A program made the position numbers and the translations under genes. 57,374 nucleotides of DNA. It comes from a virus (lineage: Duplodnaviria; Caudoviricetes). The DNA is taken from IMG/VR virus record IMGVR_UViG_3300006805_000034, positions 1 through 57,374 of that record, one strand, 5' to 3'. This document shows, one piece after another, positions 9,462-19,700 of the stretch. The notes beneath the pieces are model-generated. The model had not been told where the DNA came from, ran no database searches, and saw only the letters and a program-made list of their open reading frames with translations. How positions within the stretch are numbered: position 1 is the stretch's first letter; each line of letters begins with the position of its first letter.

Positions 9462-9479
9462 CGGCGTGGACATGCGTTG
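9462..9479 (+). promoter_or_regulatory. Late-promoter motif CGGCGNRGNNATGCGTTG, copy 1 of 6
   Basis: Also at 12201, 31370, 34221, 39340, 42370, each before a morphogenesis block. Confidence 0.7.
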
Positions 9480-9510
9480 ACGGGGGCTGGGGCTGGGGTG
9501 ACTGCTGGGC

Positions 9511-10290
9511 ATGGCAGACCGAGCCAGTAGAAGACATCCCGAGGCTGCGGCCCGTGGTGCCGGAAAGACTAAACCGACAGTCCGCCGCAAGGCCGCAGTG
9601 AAGACGATGAAGACAGCCACCGGGCGGAAGCCTGACGTGGCTGAAGGTGTGATTAAGAAAGTTGAAGGTTTCAATTTGAAGGTTTCAAGTTCTGGGAAGG
9701 TTGAGGCGGAGGGGATGGGCCGCAAAAAGGCGCAAAACGGCGCAAAAAAGCCGGAGAAGAGAAAGGTGAAGAAACAGACCCGAGTGGAAGAGAAAGAGTG
9801 GCAGGAGTCTGACCCTTTGCCCAATGCGCAGCATGAGATGTTTGCCAAAGCCATGGCTTACGGGGCTTACTCTCAAACGGCGTGCTATTTGATGGCTTAC
9901 GAAGAAGTGGAACGCTCCACGGCACGGGTGAATGCTTCACGATTGCTGACTTATGCTGATGTTTCAGCCCGGATTGAGTGGCTGAAACGGGAGTCGGTGA
10001 AATTGTTTACCGTGAACAAGGCGGAGATCATGCGGGATTTGTATGTGGGCTGGCGCACGCCGGTGGGGCACATTGATCTGGAGAGCCCGCTGGCCCAGGA
10101 GGTGAGCTACGATGCGGAGACGGGAGCGATCACCAAAGTGAAGATGCCCGGCAAGACGGACATGCTCAAAATCCTGCTGCAGATGGAGGGCATTGAAAAG
10201 CCCGCCAATGATCCGCTGGAAAAGGCGGTGGATGCGATGGCGGACATGATCCGCATGATCCGCGAGAAGCGAGGGCCGGAAACGCCATGA
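9511..10290 (+). CDS. terS: Terminase small subunit
   Basis: QHEMFAK...QTACYLMAY...ARVNASRLL...VSARIEWLK; directly upstream of terL. Confidence 0.8.
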   Translation: MADRASRRHPEAAARGAGKTKPTVRRKAAVKTMKTATGRKPDVAEGVIKKVEGFNLKVSSSGKVEAEGMGRKKAQNGAKKPEKRKVKKQTRVEEKEWQESDPLPNAQHEMFAKAMAYGAYSQTACYLMAYEEVERSTARVNASRLLTYADVSARIEWLKRESVKLFTVNKAEIMRDLYVGWRTPVGHIDLESPLAQEVSYDAETGAITKVKMPGKTDMLKILLQMEGIEKPANDPLEKAVDAMADMIRMIREKRGPETP

Positions 10291-12043
10291 GTGTGCGGAA
10301 GATGACAGCGGAAGAGAAGCAGGTGGCGGCGCAACTTGCGGACCCGTGGTGGAGGCTGCGGAACTTGTACATGATCCGGCCCGAGGGCGGCGGACTGCCC
10401 CGACCTTTCGAGCCGCGAGCCGAGCAGGAGATGATTACAAGCACCTGCTGGAGACGTCGCATGAACCGGCGTTCATCGTCAAATCCCGCCGTCTGGGCTT
10501 CAGCACGGCGCTGGGGGTGTTTGCGGTGGATCTGGCGGCGTGGACGGCGGGGCAGCAGTGCATGCTGGTGGACATGACGCAGCCGGACGCGCACAAGAAG
10601 ATGCGCGAGATCATCCGCTACGCGTATGACGCGCTGCCAGCACCGATCCGCAGCCACCTGAGCACGCCGAAGCGGGAAGACAGCCAGCTTTCCATCCGGG
10701 CTGCCGGGCATGATGAGCAGCTGGACAGCCACATCTACGCCGGCATGAATGCGCGTGGCGGTGACTGCTCCCTGCTATGGGTGTCTGAGTGGGGCAAATT
10801 TCAGAACGATGCGAATCACCGCACGCGCAGCCAGGAAATCAGCGCCGGTGCGTGGAACACGGCGCGCAAGGGGCGGCGCGTGGTGGAGACGACGTGGCAG
10901 GGCGGGCGCAATGGCGAGCTGTGGGAGCTGATCAAGCCGGTGCTGGAGAAGAATGTGAACGCCGAGGGCAAGGTGTACTTTTTTCCGTGGCATGCGGACC
11001 CTACGTGTGTGTCGCTTACGGGCATGATCACCGCCGATGTGGAGGAGTATTTCAAGGACATCGAAGAGCAGCTGGGGAAAGAATTCAGCGAGCAGCAAAA
11101 GAAATGGTGGGCCATCAAAAAGACCGAGCAGCGCGGGCACATGAAGACGGAGTTTCCGAGCACGCTGGATGAAGCGCTGAGCAGTCCGGGGCTGCAGCCG
11201 AGGTTCAGCGTGGAGGCGATGGAGTGGATGGAGCGGATGATGATGAAGCCGGAGAGTGTCAGGCATGGCTACATCAAGCACGACAAGAACACGCGGGCGG
11301 CGCAGTTCATCCCGACCAAGCCGGACGATGAAACCGCGTGGTTTCGAGAAATAGAAAAACCGAGGGCTGGGTGTAGTTACGTCATTCCTATCGACTTCTG
11401 CACAGCCAAGCAGGTGGTGTCTGGAGATCCGGACTTTCACGCGCTGCCGGTGTTGCGGGCGGCGTATCAGGATGAGGGCGGCACGATCCACCCGATCCGC
11501 GTGGCGGGAGCGATTAGCATCGACAACCGGACGGTGCTGAAGACGTTTTGTTCACAGATCGCCGCTATTCAGGACTACTATGGCGGAGCTATCGTAGTGC
11601 CTGAGACGAACAACATGGGCGGCATCATTGATTTGATGCGGGCCGCCGGCGTGACCAACCTTTATGAAAGGCAGCTCAATCCAGACAGCAAAGCGGACCA
11701 GCGGATGCGCAAAGAGCCGGGCTGGGAGACGACGGCCAACACGAAGCCGGTGCTGATTGCCAGCCTGGAAGAGGTGATCGATGCGCAGGGTTTGATCGTA
11801 GACTGCCCGCGAATTTTGTCGGAGTTGCAGATGTTCCAGAATACCAACCAGGCGGCGAGTGGATTCCACGATGACTGGGTGATGGCGCTGGCGATCGGCG
11901 TGCACAACATTCGATTTGCGACGCGGTATGTGACGCGGATTCCGATGATTGAGCGGGCGGAGGGGGATCACCGGCCCAAGGGAGACTGGGGAACGGGAGG
12001 GAAGTCGTGGGGTGGTGGGGGAAAAGATGAGGCTTGGGGGTAG
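10287..12043 (+). CDS. terL: Terminase large subunit, apparent 1-nt deletion near 10436
   Basis: WRLRNLYMI..FEPRAEQ in one frame; IVKSRRLGFST, LLWVSEWG and HDDWVMALAI in the -1 frame; 585 aa if joined. Confidence 0.88.
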
Positions 12044-12045
12044 GG

Positions 12046-12190
12046 GCTGGATGCTGGATGCTGGATGCTGGAACCGGAGGTGGACAGGATTGACAGAATT
12101 CCAGCATTTCAGGATTGGGAACGGAGTCGGAGCCGGCTGAAGCCGGGACTACAATACCCGGAAGCCGGAACACGCTGAAGCGTGAACAAC
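12046..12190 (+). repeat. Repeat cluster: GCTGGAT heptamers, family G, REP-A, REP-B
   Basis: Direct reading between terL and the next operon. Confidence 0.85.
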
Positions 12191-12269
12191 GTACGGGATG
12201 CGGCGGAGAAATGCGTTGTTGAGGGGTGGGTGGGGGTGTTGAATGGTGGGGAACTTTTTTTTACCTGAT

Positions 12270-12629
12270 ATGAGTCCCATTTACTCCAGCAACGGCGGCC
12301 TTTGGGCGGTGAATCAAGAGCGTGCCAAGGCGCAGGCGGCTGCGGATGCCGGGGTGGACCTGGCCACGGCGGAAGACACGCAGGCAGCGGGTGCAGCAGC
12401 GGCCAGTCGCTGGAACAATGCGGCGCTGGCGGGGGCGCGACGGCGAGCGGGTGGCAGCACGTACCGGAACCGAGGCACGACGCTGAGCACGGCTCCGAGC
12501 ATGCTGGACAGGTCCAACATTGATGCCGTGGCGGCAGCGCGGCGAAAGAAGGCCAAGGCGGACACTGACATGGCGTATCAGGACCAACGCGTGCAGGTGA
12601 GGCTTGGAGCCCCGATCCGGCTTTGGTAG
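12270..12629 (+). CDS. Putative internal virion protein
   Basis: Ala-rich; first gene after late motif copy 2. Confidence 0.55.
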   Translation: MSPIYSSNGGLWAVNQERAKAQAAADAGVDLATAEDTQAAGAAAASRWNNAALAGARRRAGGSTYRNRGTTLSTAPSMLDRSNIDAVAAARRKKAKADTDMAYQDQRVQVRLGAPIRLW

Positions 12630-12677
12630 TTTTGTCATTCCGAACAGTCATCCCAGAACCTTCATTCTCATCACGTT

Positions 12678-13292
12678 ATGCAGACCAACCTCGCTCAAGC
12701 ACGCCGCAACTACTACGGAGGCGGAGGTGCTGACGATGCGCCGCGCATTGATGGCCGGGTGAAGCGCAAGACGATGATGGGAGGTGCGAGCCAGGGGCCG
12801 ATCAGTATGCGGTTGAATCGCAGTGAAACGATGGAAAACGAGGCAGAGGCTGAGATGATGCGTGCTGAGGAGCGCGGTCGAGCCCGTGCGCAGGCTGGTC
12901 AAGGGCAGGGACAGGGGCAAGGGATGCGCCCTGGATTTCAAGCCGGGTACGATGTGCCGGTGGGAGGCGCGAGCAAGCCGGGCGGCATGCTGATTCCGGG
13001 TACATCGGCAGGATCGAGCATTTGGGTGACGAATGATGATCCGCGTGTCAAAAAGCCTGAGAAGAAGGAACTCTCGGCTGAAGACCTGGCCAAGATGGAA
13101 GCCCGCCGGAGAAAGGGGCAGCAAGGCATGGAGTTTTCACGCCGGCGCGCTGCCTTGGAGCGATCGGTGGCGCAAAGCACGGGGGGCGGCCAGATGAACT
13201 GGCGCATGCCTTCCCAGCAGAACAAGGTCGGAGAGCTGGCTGAACTGCGCGACAGTGGCCGCGACATTTGGTTTGGTGACGAAAAGTTCTGA
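12678..13292 (+). CDS. Putative internal virion protein
   Basis: G/Q/M-rich 204-aa ORF upstream of the giant gene. Confidence 0.6.
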   Translation: MQTNLAQARRNYYGGGGADDAPRIDGRVKRKTMMGGASQGPISMRLNRSETMENEAEAEMMRAEERGRARAQAGQGQGQGQGMRPGFQAGYDVPVGGASKPGGMLIPGTSAGSSIWVTNDDPRVKKPEKKELSAEDLAKMEARRRKGQQGMEFSRRRAALERSVAQSTGGGQMNWRMPSQQNKVGELAELRDSGRDIWFGDEKF

Positions 13293-13698
13293 CGCACTGC
13301 CTGAGACATTTATTTGCAGAGAAACCCAGCACACACATACCCGATGAACAACAACGCGCTTAGTTATCCCCGTAATGAACCATCAGTAGGCACCATAAAT
13401 CCCTCCTGCCGTCCCATGCCCCAACCTGCGCAGGGTGAGGTGGAATCGCATCTGGTGGAACTGCATTCTTGCACGGAGGACCTGGCCAAGAATCTGGCGA
13501 GTTTGTTTGAGCGTTTGCAGCCGGTGACGCGCCCAGCAAATGGTGGAGAGTGCGGTGATACCGGAAAATGTCCTGAGCCCGTGAAATGCGCGCTGTCAGA
13601 ACAGATCCAGAGAGTGACCTTTATGGTGCGCCATTTGAACAGCAAGGTGGACGACCAGAAGCTGTATCTGGCGATCTGACGCACTGCCTGAGACATTT
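13288..13698 (+). repeat. 24-bp perfect direct repeat flanking one gene
   Basis: TCTGACGCACTGCCTGAGACATTT at 13288-13311 and 13675-13698. Confidence 0.95.
13344..13679 (+). CDS. Hypothetical protein, cassette-like
   Basis: Helical ORF exactly between the 24-bp repeats. Confidence 0.7.
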   Translation: MNNNALSYPRNEPSVGTINPSCRPMPQPAQGEVESHLVELHSCTEDLAKNLASLFERLQPVTRPANGGECGDTGKCPEPVKCALSEQIQRVTFMVRHLNSKVDDQKLYLAI

Positions 13699-13796
13699 CA
13701 AGCGCGGGCAGTCGCTTCACTGCTGAACCTGGAGGCAGGCCGGAGCCGCTGGCAGGGCTGATTTTTCAAACCCTGATTTCCCACGACGCTGATTTT

Positions 13797-16700
13797 ATGC
13801 CTGCTGATCTGAACTACCTGCTCCAAGCCCGCCGCAATCGCTACGCCCAACCTGCCGGAGGAGCGCGTGCGAGCAGCCCTGAAGACCCTCGGGCTGCGGT
13901 GGAGGAGGAGGCGTTTCAGGCGGAGTCCAAACGGCTGGCGCTGGCGGCGAAGGAGCAGGAGGCAGCGGCTGAAGAGGCGGCCAAGGCCTATGAAAAAGGG
14001 CGCAGGGATGCTGACAAGGAAGCGTTGCGGGCGCGCAACAACGAGATGGAAGCCAAGGCCCGGCGCGAGAAACGGCCGATCTACACGGATGCCGACGGCG
14101 TGATCCAGAGCCAGTACACGGATGACGAGTGGCAGGCACAGAAACAGCGCAAGGCCAAGAATGACCAGTTGCGCACGCGGTATTTCAAGGAGCAGCGCCC
14201 GTGGGTGGAAGATGCCGACGGCAACCTGGTGACGCGGCACACGGATGAGCAGTGGCAGGCGATGCAGGCGGAAAAAGTGGCCAAAGAAAAGGCTAAGGTG
14301 ATCGACGACCAAGCGAAGGACTGGCGCGAGCAGAAGGGCGCGGCGCTGACGGCGGTGGATGACCAGACAGCGCAGGTGATGCGTGGGCTGGATCTGGACG
14401 GGCAGGACCTGGGGCTGAGGCACAAGGCCAAGCTGGACACGGTCAAGAAGGCGAATGCGCAGATCAAGCTGCTGGAGCAGGAGATCGAGAACGGCGAGAC
14501 CGAAGCGGGTCAGATTCTGGATGGAGCGGCGATTGCCAAGCGCACGGCGGCACGCCAGGCGCTGGTGGGGGAGCGTGACAAGGTGCAGGCGGAGGCGGAC
14601 GAGGCGGAGGCCAAGCTGCGGGCGCATGAGGTGCGCAAGCTGGAGTACAGTCGGGCCAACAACGAGGTGCAGGGCTGGCTGCAGAGGGAGAAGCATGGGC
14701 TCAAGACGGCGCTGCCGCCGGTGGTGATGGGGGTGAAGGGGAGGGAAGAACCGGCTAAAGCCGGGACTACACTACCCGGAGGCCGGAACCAGAGCCAGAG
14801 CCCGTTGCAAACTGGCGCTCCCAGCCCGGAAACCGGAGGCCGGAACACGCTGAAGCGTGAACAACGTACGCCGGAGGAGGCGGTGCGCAGGGCGGTGATG
14901 GAGGGGCGGATTTCGGCGCTGGCGGAGGATGATTCTTTGTCGGACGAAGAGAGGGCGGTGAAGCTGACGCGGCTGATGTTGCAGCGGGATGATCCGGCGG
15001 CGTATGAGACGCAGGTGCTGCAGGAGTTTGAAAGTCTGGATCCAGAACAACTCAATGCGACGCTGGACGGGCATTTGCAGGATTTCGAGATGCGCAAGCA
15101 GGACTGGCAGTCGCGCCGGGATGCGCTGCGGGAGCAGACCCAGGCAGTGAATGCCGAGGTGGATGGCGTGCTGGCGCGCAATGCGCAGCGGCTGCAGCAG
15201 CCGCACAAGGCGGCGGACTTGATTGAGTACACCACGGCGGACGGTGGGAAAGTGAGTGTGTTCAAGGATCTGGCGCCGCAACTCGAGCAGGCGCAGGAAA
15301 AGGCGGGCACGTTTGAGAAGCAGAATCAAGCGCAGATGGACCAGATCAACGCCGAGGGCGGGGAACTGGAGCGGGCGGCGAAACTCATTCACGCCGGCGG
15401 AGGTGTGTTCCAAAAAAAGCAGGAAGGGGCCCGCGTGGCCGCCAAGGCTGAACGGCAGAAGGTCTATGAGCAGCTCAATGCCATCCCTGGCGCGAAGCTG
15501 GGCGATGAACTGGCGGCGGTGGATGCCGCGGTGGAAAAGCACCAGGGCGGGGATGATGTGAGCCTGCAGGAGTGGGCGGCGAAGGAGCGGGAGAAGATTG
15601 CGGCGAAGGCGGAAGATGTGCAGAAGAAAGTGGGACCGGCGGTGCAGGAAGCCTATGCGGCGGCCAGTGCCAAGATGCCGGCGGGTGTGGACCTGAACGG
15701 GGAACTGGACCGTGATCCGCTGGGGCTAGAAGGCCCGGCATCCGAGGCAGGAGTGACCAAGCTGCTGGAAAAGATGGGGCTGCCATCGTCGAAAGAGAAC
15801 CGTCAAATGGCGGTCAAGATGCTGCGAGATGCGGCGGTGTTGGACTGGAGTCGAGGAGACACCAGCGCTCCGGTACGTACGGACAGTGCGGGTCGGGTGC
15901 TGGTGAATCCTGAGCGCTGGACGGATGGCGAGGCGTATGCCGAAGCCGTGGCCGGGGCGGGCGCGAGTGAGGCGGAGAAGGCCAAGGCGCTGAAGATGCA
16001 GCCGGAACTCAAGGCGCAGGCGATCAAGCTGAAGCTGGACACGCTGCGGCCGCTGGGGGTGTTTCGCGAGTGGGAAGAGGCCGAGGTGCCACCAACGCGC
16101 GAGGAGAAGATGCAGGCGCGGGCCAATGGCACGCAGGCGGTGCCGCGCAAGCTGCATGAAGGTTTGAGTGATGAGGAGAAACTGAAGCTGTTTGAGAAAG
16201 AAAACAGCGGGGTGTTCAGCACCGGAGCGTGGAAGGTGCGCTGGAATCAGGCCTTGCTTGGGGCCGTGCAGGGAGTGATCGGGCTGGCGCAGAGTGCCAC
16301 GGGGATTGCCGCACCGTTCAGCGATACAGCGCTGGATCTGAATCGGAGGTTTGGCCAGGACGCGGCGCAATTGGGCGCGGCCAGTCAGGCGCTGCCGACC
16401 GGGCAGTGGGTGAATCAAGGAGCGAGCATGCTGGTGAGCAGTGCGCCGTCGCTGGCAGTGGGGGGCGCGGTGGGCGCGGCCACCCGAAGCGAAATGCTGG
16501 CGCTGCAAGGCGCGGCGGCGGGTGCTGGACTGCAAACGTTTGGACAGGTGTACGGCGATGCGGTGCAGGGCTCCATGCAGAACAAGGGCATGACCAAGGA
16601 CGAGGCGCGCCAGGCGGCGCTGGTGCCGGCGCTGGCGAGCGGGGTGTCAACCTATGCGTTGACAGCGGCGGGCGGCACGAACGGCATGGAAAGCGCGCTG

Positions 16701-19700
16701 CGTCAGGAAGGGTTCAAACAAGGGCTGAAGCAATGGCTGACAACGGTGGGCAAGGGCGCGCTGAAGGAAGGCGTGCTGGAAGAGGGGCCGGATCAGTTGA
16801 TTCAGGGCGTGATTGCCCGGCACAGCTATGACCCGACGAAGAGCTGGGCGAGCATTTGGGAAGAGACGGCGACGGCGGTGATCGGCGGGGCGCTGATGGG
16901 TGGGGCGTTTGAGATGATGTCGGGCGGTGGAGGTACGTCTCAAAATGGCAAAGGAATGGAGGAGCAAGGGAATGGGGGAACTGGACAGGCTGTGGGGCCG
17001 GAACCAGTCGTCACCCCAGTGGCGGAAACTGAGCCGGTTGTGGCTCGCCCGGAACCGGCTGAAGCCGGGACTACACTACTGCCGGAAACCGGACCGGACA
17101 CGCTTAAGCGTGAACAACGAACAAAAGAGGCGGAGGCGGAGCTGGCGGGGTTTGCGCCGGAGGGGATGTCGGCGGCTGCGGTGGCGGCCACGAAGGCGAA
17201 GGCGGAGGTGCTGCTGCGCATGGCGCAGGGGGAAACGCTGGCTGATTTTAACGATGAAGAGCTGCGTCAGGTGGGGCTGAATCGAGACGGGACGCCGGGG
17301 CATTATGAGTCGGTGCCGGTGGACAAAAAGAATCCGCAGGCGGGACGCACGAGCGTGTGGAAGAAGGGTGTGCGAGCGGATGGGTTTCAGCCGGTGGTGG
17401 TGGAGGACGGGGAACTGATCATAACGCAGCGTCAGATTGACAACCTGGGCGTGCGGTTGCCGGCGGTGGCGGCGCGGATCGGGAAAAGCGAGGTGGAGCG
17501 GAGGCGAGAGATTGCGGGGAAGGGGGCGCTGATTTCTGGCAAAGGAATGAAGGATCAAGGGAATGCCGGAACCGGAGTGGAGGGCCGCAAAGAAGCGCAA
17601 GAACCGGAGAAAAAAGGGTCAGAGGCCGGAGGTGGACAGGATGGACAGGATTCCAGAATTTCAGGATTGAGGACGGAACTCGCGGCGGCGGCGGCTGCCG
17701 AGTCTAGCCCCGTGGTGGCTAGCCCGGAACCGGCTCAAGCCGGGACTACACTCCTGCCGGAGGACGGAACCGGAGCGGACAGGAGTGTCCGCGCTCCTGT
17801 TGAAGCGGTGGGGTTTGATCCGGCGGTGGAGCGGCGGGTGGATGAGATTGGGGCGGAGCTGGCGGGCCGTGGACTGAGCGGGGAGCAGGCGCTGAGGGCG
17901 GCGCGTGGGGTGGTGGGGCGCATGGGCGTCATGGGGCCGAAGTATGAGGTGCAGATGATCGACCCGGCGTTTGAGGAGGCGATGAAAGCGGAGGGATTTC
18001 AGCGGGATCCGGCCAAGATGTCGCGGTGGATGGCGCGTGGGCAGTTCAAGGCGGAGACGCGGGGGGAAAAGCCGGTGATGCGGAAGGCGGAGGGTGCTAA
18101 GAGTGGACCTGGGGTGGCTAGCCCGGAACCGGCTGAAGCCGGGACTACAATACCCGGAGGCCAGAGCCAGTTGCAAACTGGCGCTCCCAGTACGGAGGCG
18201 GGCAAGAGTGCCCGCGCTCCGCTCATTGAGCGCGGTGACTGGAAGCAGGCGAAGGGGGAAGTGATTGGGGTGATGCAGGGACGTGCGAAGGGGCTGCCGG
18301 AGGCGGGGAAGAAGGCGGCGGGGGACAAGATCAAGGCGGTGGTGAAGCGGTTCAACAAGCTGGAGGAGCTCATTGACACAAAGTTTGGACGTCTGTTTGA
18401 GGGCGTGCGGATTGTGCCGAATGGGAGTTCAGGCGGCGGTGGGCTGGCAGCGCAGGTGACGGGCTACGATGCGCAGGGCCGTGCCACGGGTGTGGAGCTG
18501 GTGGTGGATGCGGCGACGTTTGCGGAAGCGGGCGGCGTGACGGATTCTGAACTCGAGCGTGCGCTGAATGAGGAGTGGCAGCACCGCGCGGACCTGATGG
18601 TGATGAGCCGGAGCGAGGCTATTGCTTTGGCGCGGGACATTCATGCGGCGCAGCCGGGGGTGTTTAACTCGGCGTGGAAGCAGTACTTTGCGGTGTATAT
18701 CAACGCGGGAAGCAAGCCAGCCAAGCCGCCGGTGGAACTGACCGATGACGAGGCTTACATGATGTATTTTGAGGCCAGCCGCATGATCCGCCAAGGGACG
18801 TTCACCAGTGAGAATGCGGCGATTCGTGACGTGGGGCTGCTGCAACGCATGTACCTGATGCTGAGCCGGTACGTGAATTTTGTGAAGCGCGAGATGAAGA
18901 AGCTGCCGCAGGATCTGCGCGAGCTGTGGGAGGACAAGCTGACAGCAGCGGAAGCGGTGATGCGCAAGACGAAGGAGGCGGGGATTCGGTTGCAGAAGGA
19001 AGGCTTGGATGACGTGGAGCCGCCGGAGGGATTGCCGCAAAAAGGCGCAAAAACTCGCAAAAAAGAGGAAGTTAATGAGGATGAGGAAGCCATGGCGATG
19101 GCGGCGGATGCTGAGATGGATGTGCGGCCCGAGCGGAAGGGGGCGCTGCGGAATCCGGGTGAGAATGCAATTCGGGGCATGGCGGCCATTCCTGACCCGG
19201 ACAACGGCAAGGAAAACGTGGTGGTGTGGATCAATCGCTACCATGGACGCATCACGCGGCCGTCCAAGGGCTGGCTGGAACGCATGGCGCAGGACGGCAA
19301 GGACCGCTCAAAAATTGGCGACTGGGATGACATTCGGCAGGCGGAGATCCCGAGCTTTTATGCGGGGCTGGTGTTCAAGAACGGCAACGGCAGCACGCTG
19401 GACCAAGCACTGCAGGAGCTGCATGGCCTGGGGTATTTCCCCGGCGTGGCCGCTGAGGATGTGACCGGCGAGATGCTGGCCCGCAAGATCAAGGACGTGA
19501 TCCAACGCTACCAGGGCAAGAAGCAGGGCGGCGCCACAACGGTGCAGGATGAGGAGCAGGCGCATTTTGAGCGGATGGAGAAGCAGCGGGTGGAGTTTGA
19601 GCGCAGCACGTCCAAGGGGCCGATCTACGTCAAGCCGCATGAGATGCAGCCCGGTGACGTGATGATGGTGAAGGCCGATGATGGCAAGATGCACCGAGTG

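Noticed and set aside
10346-10436. GTG start for terL at 10346
   Set aside because: The conserved-looking N-terminus is in the 10287 frame; this start is a by-product of the frameshift.
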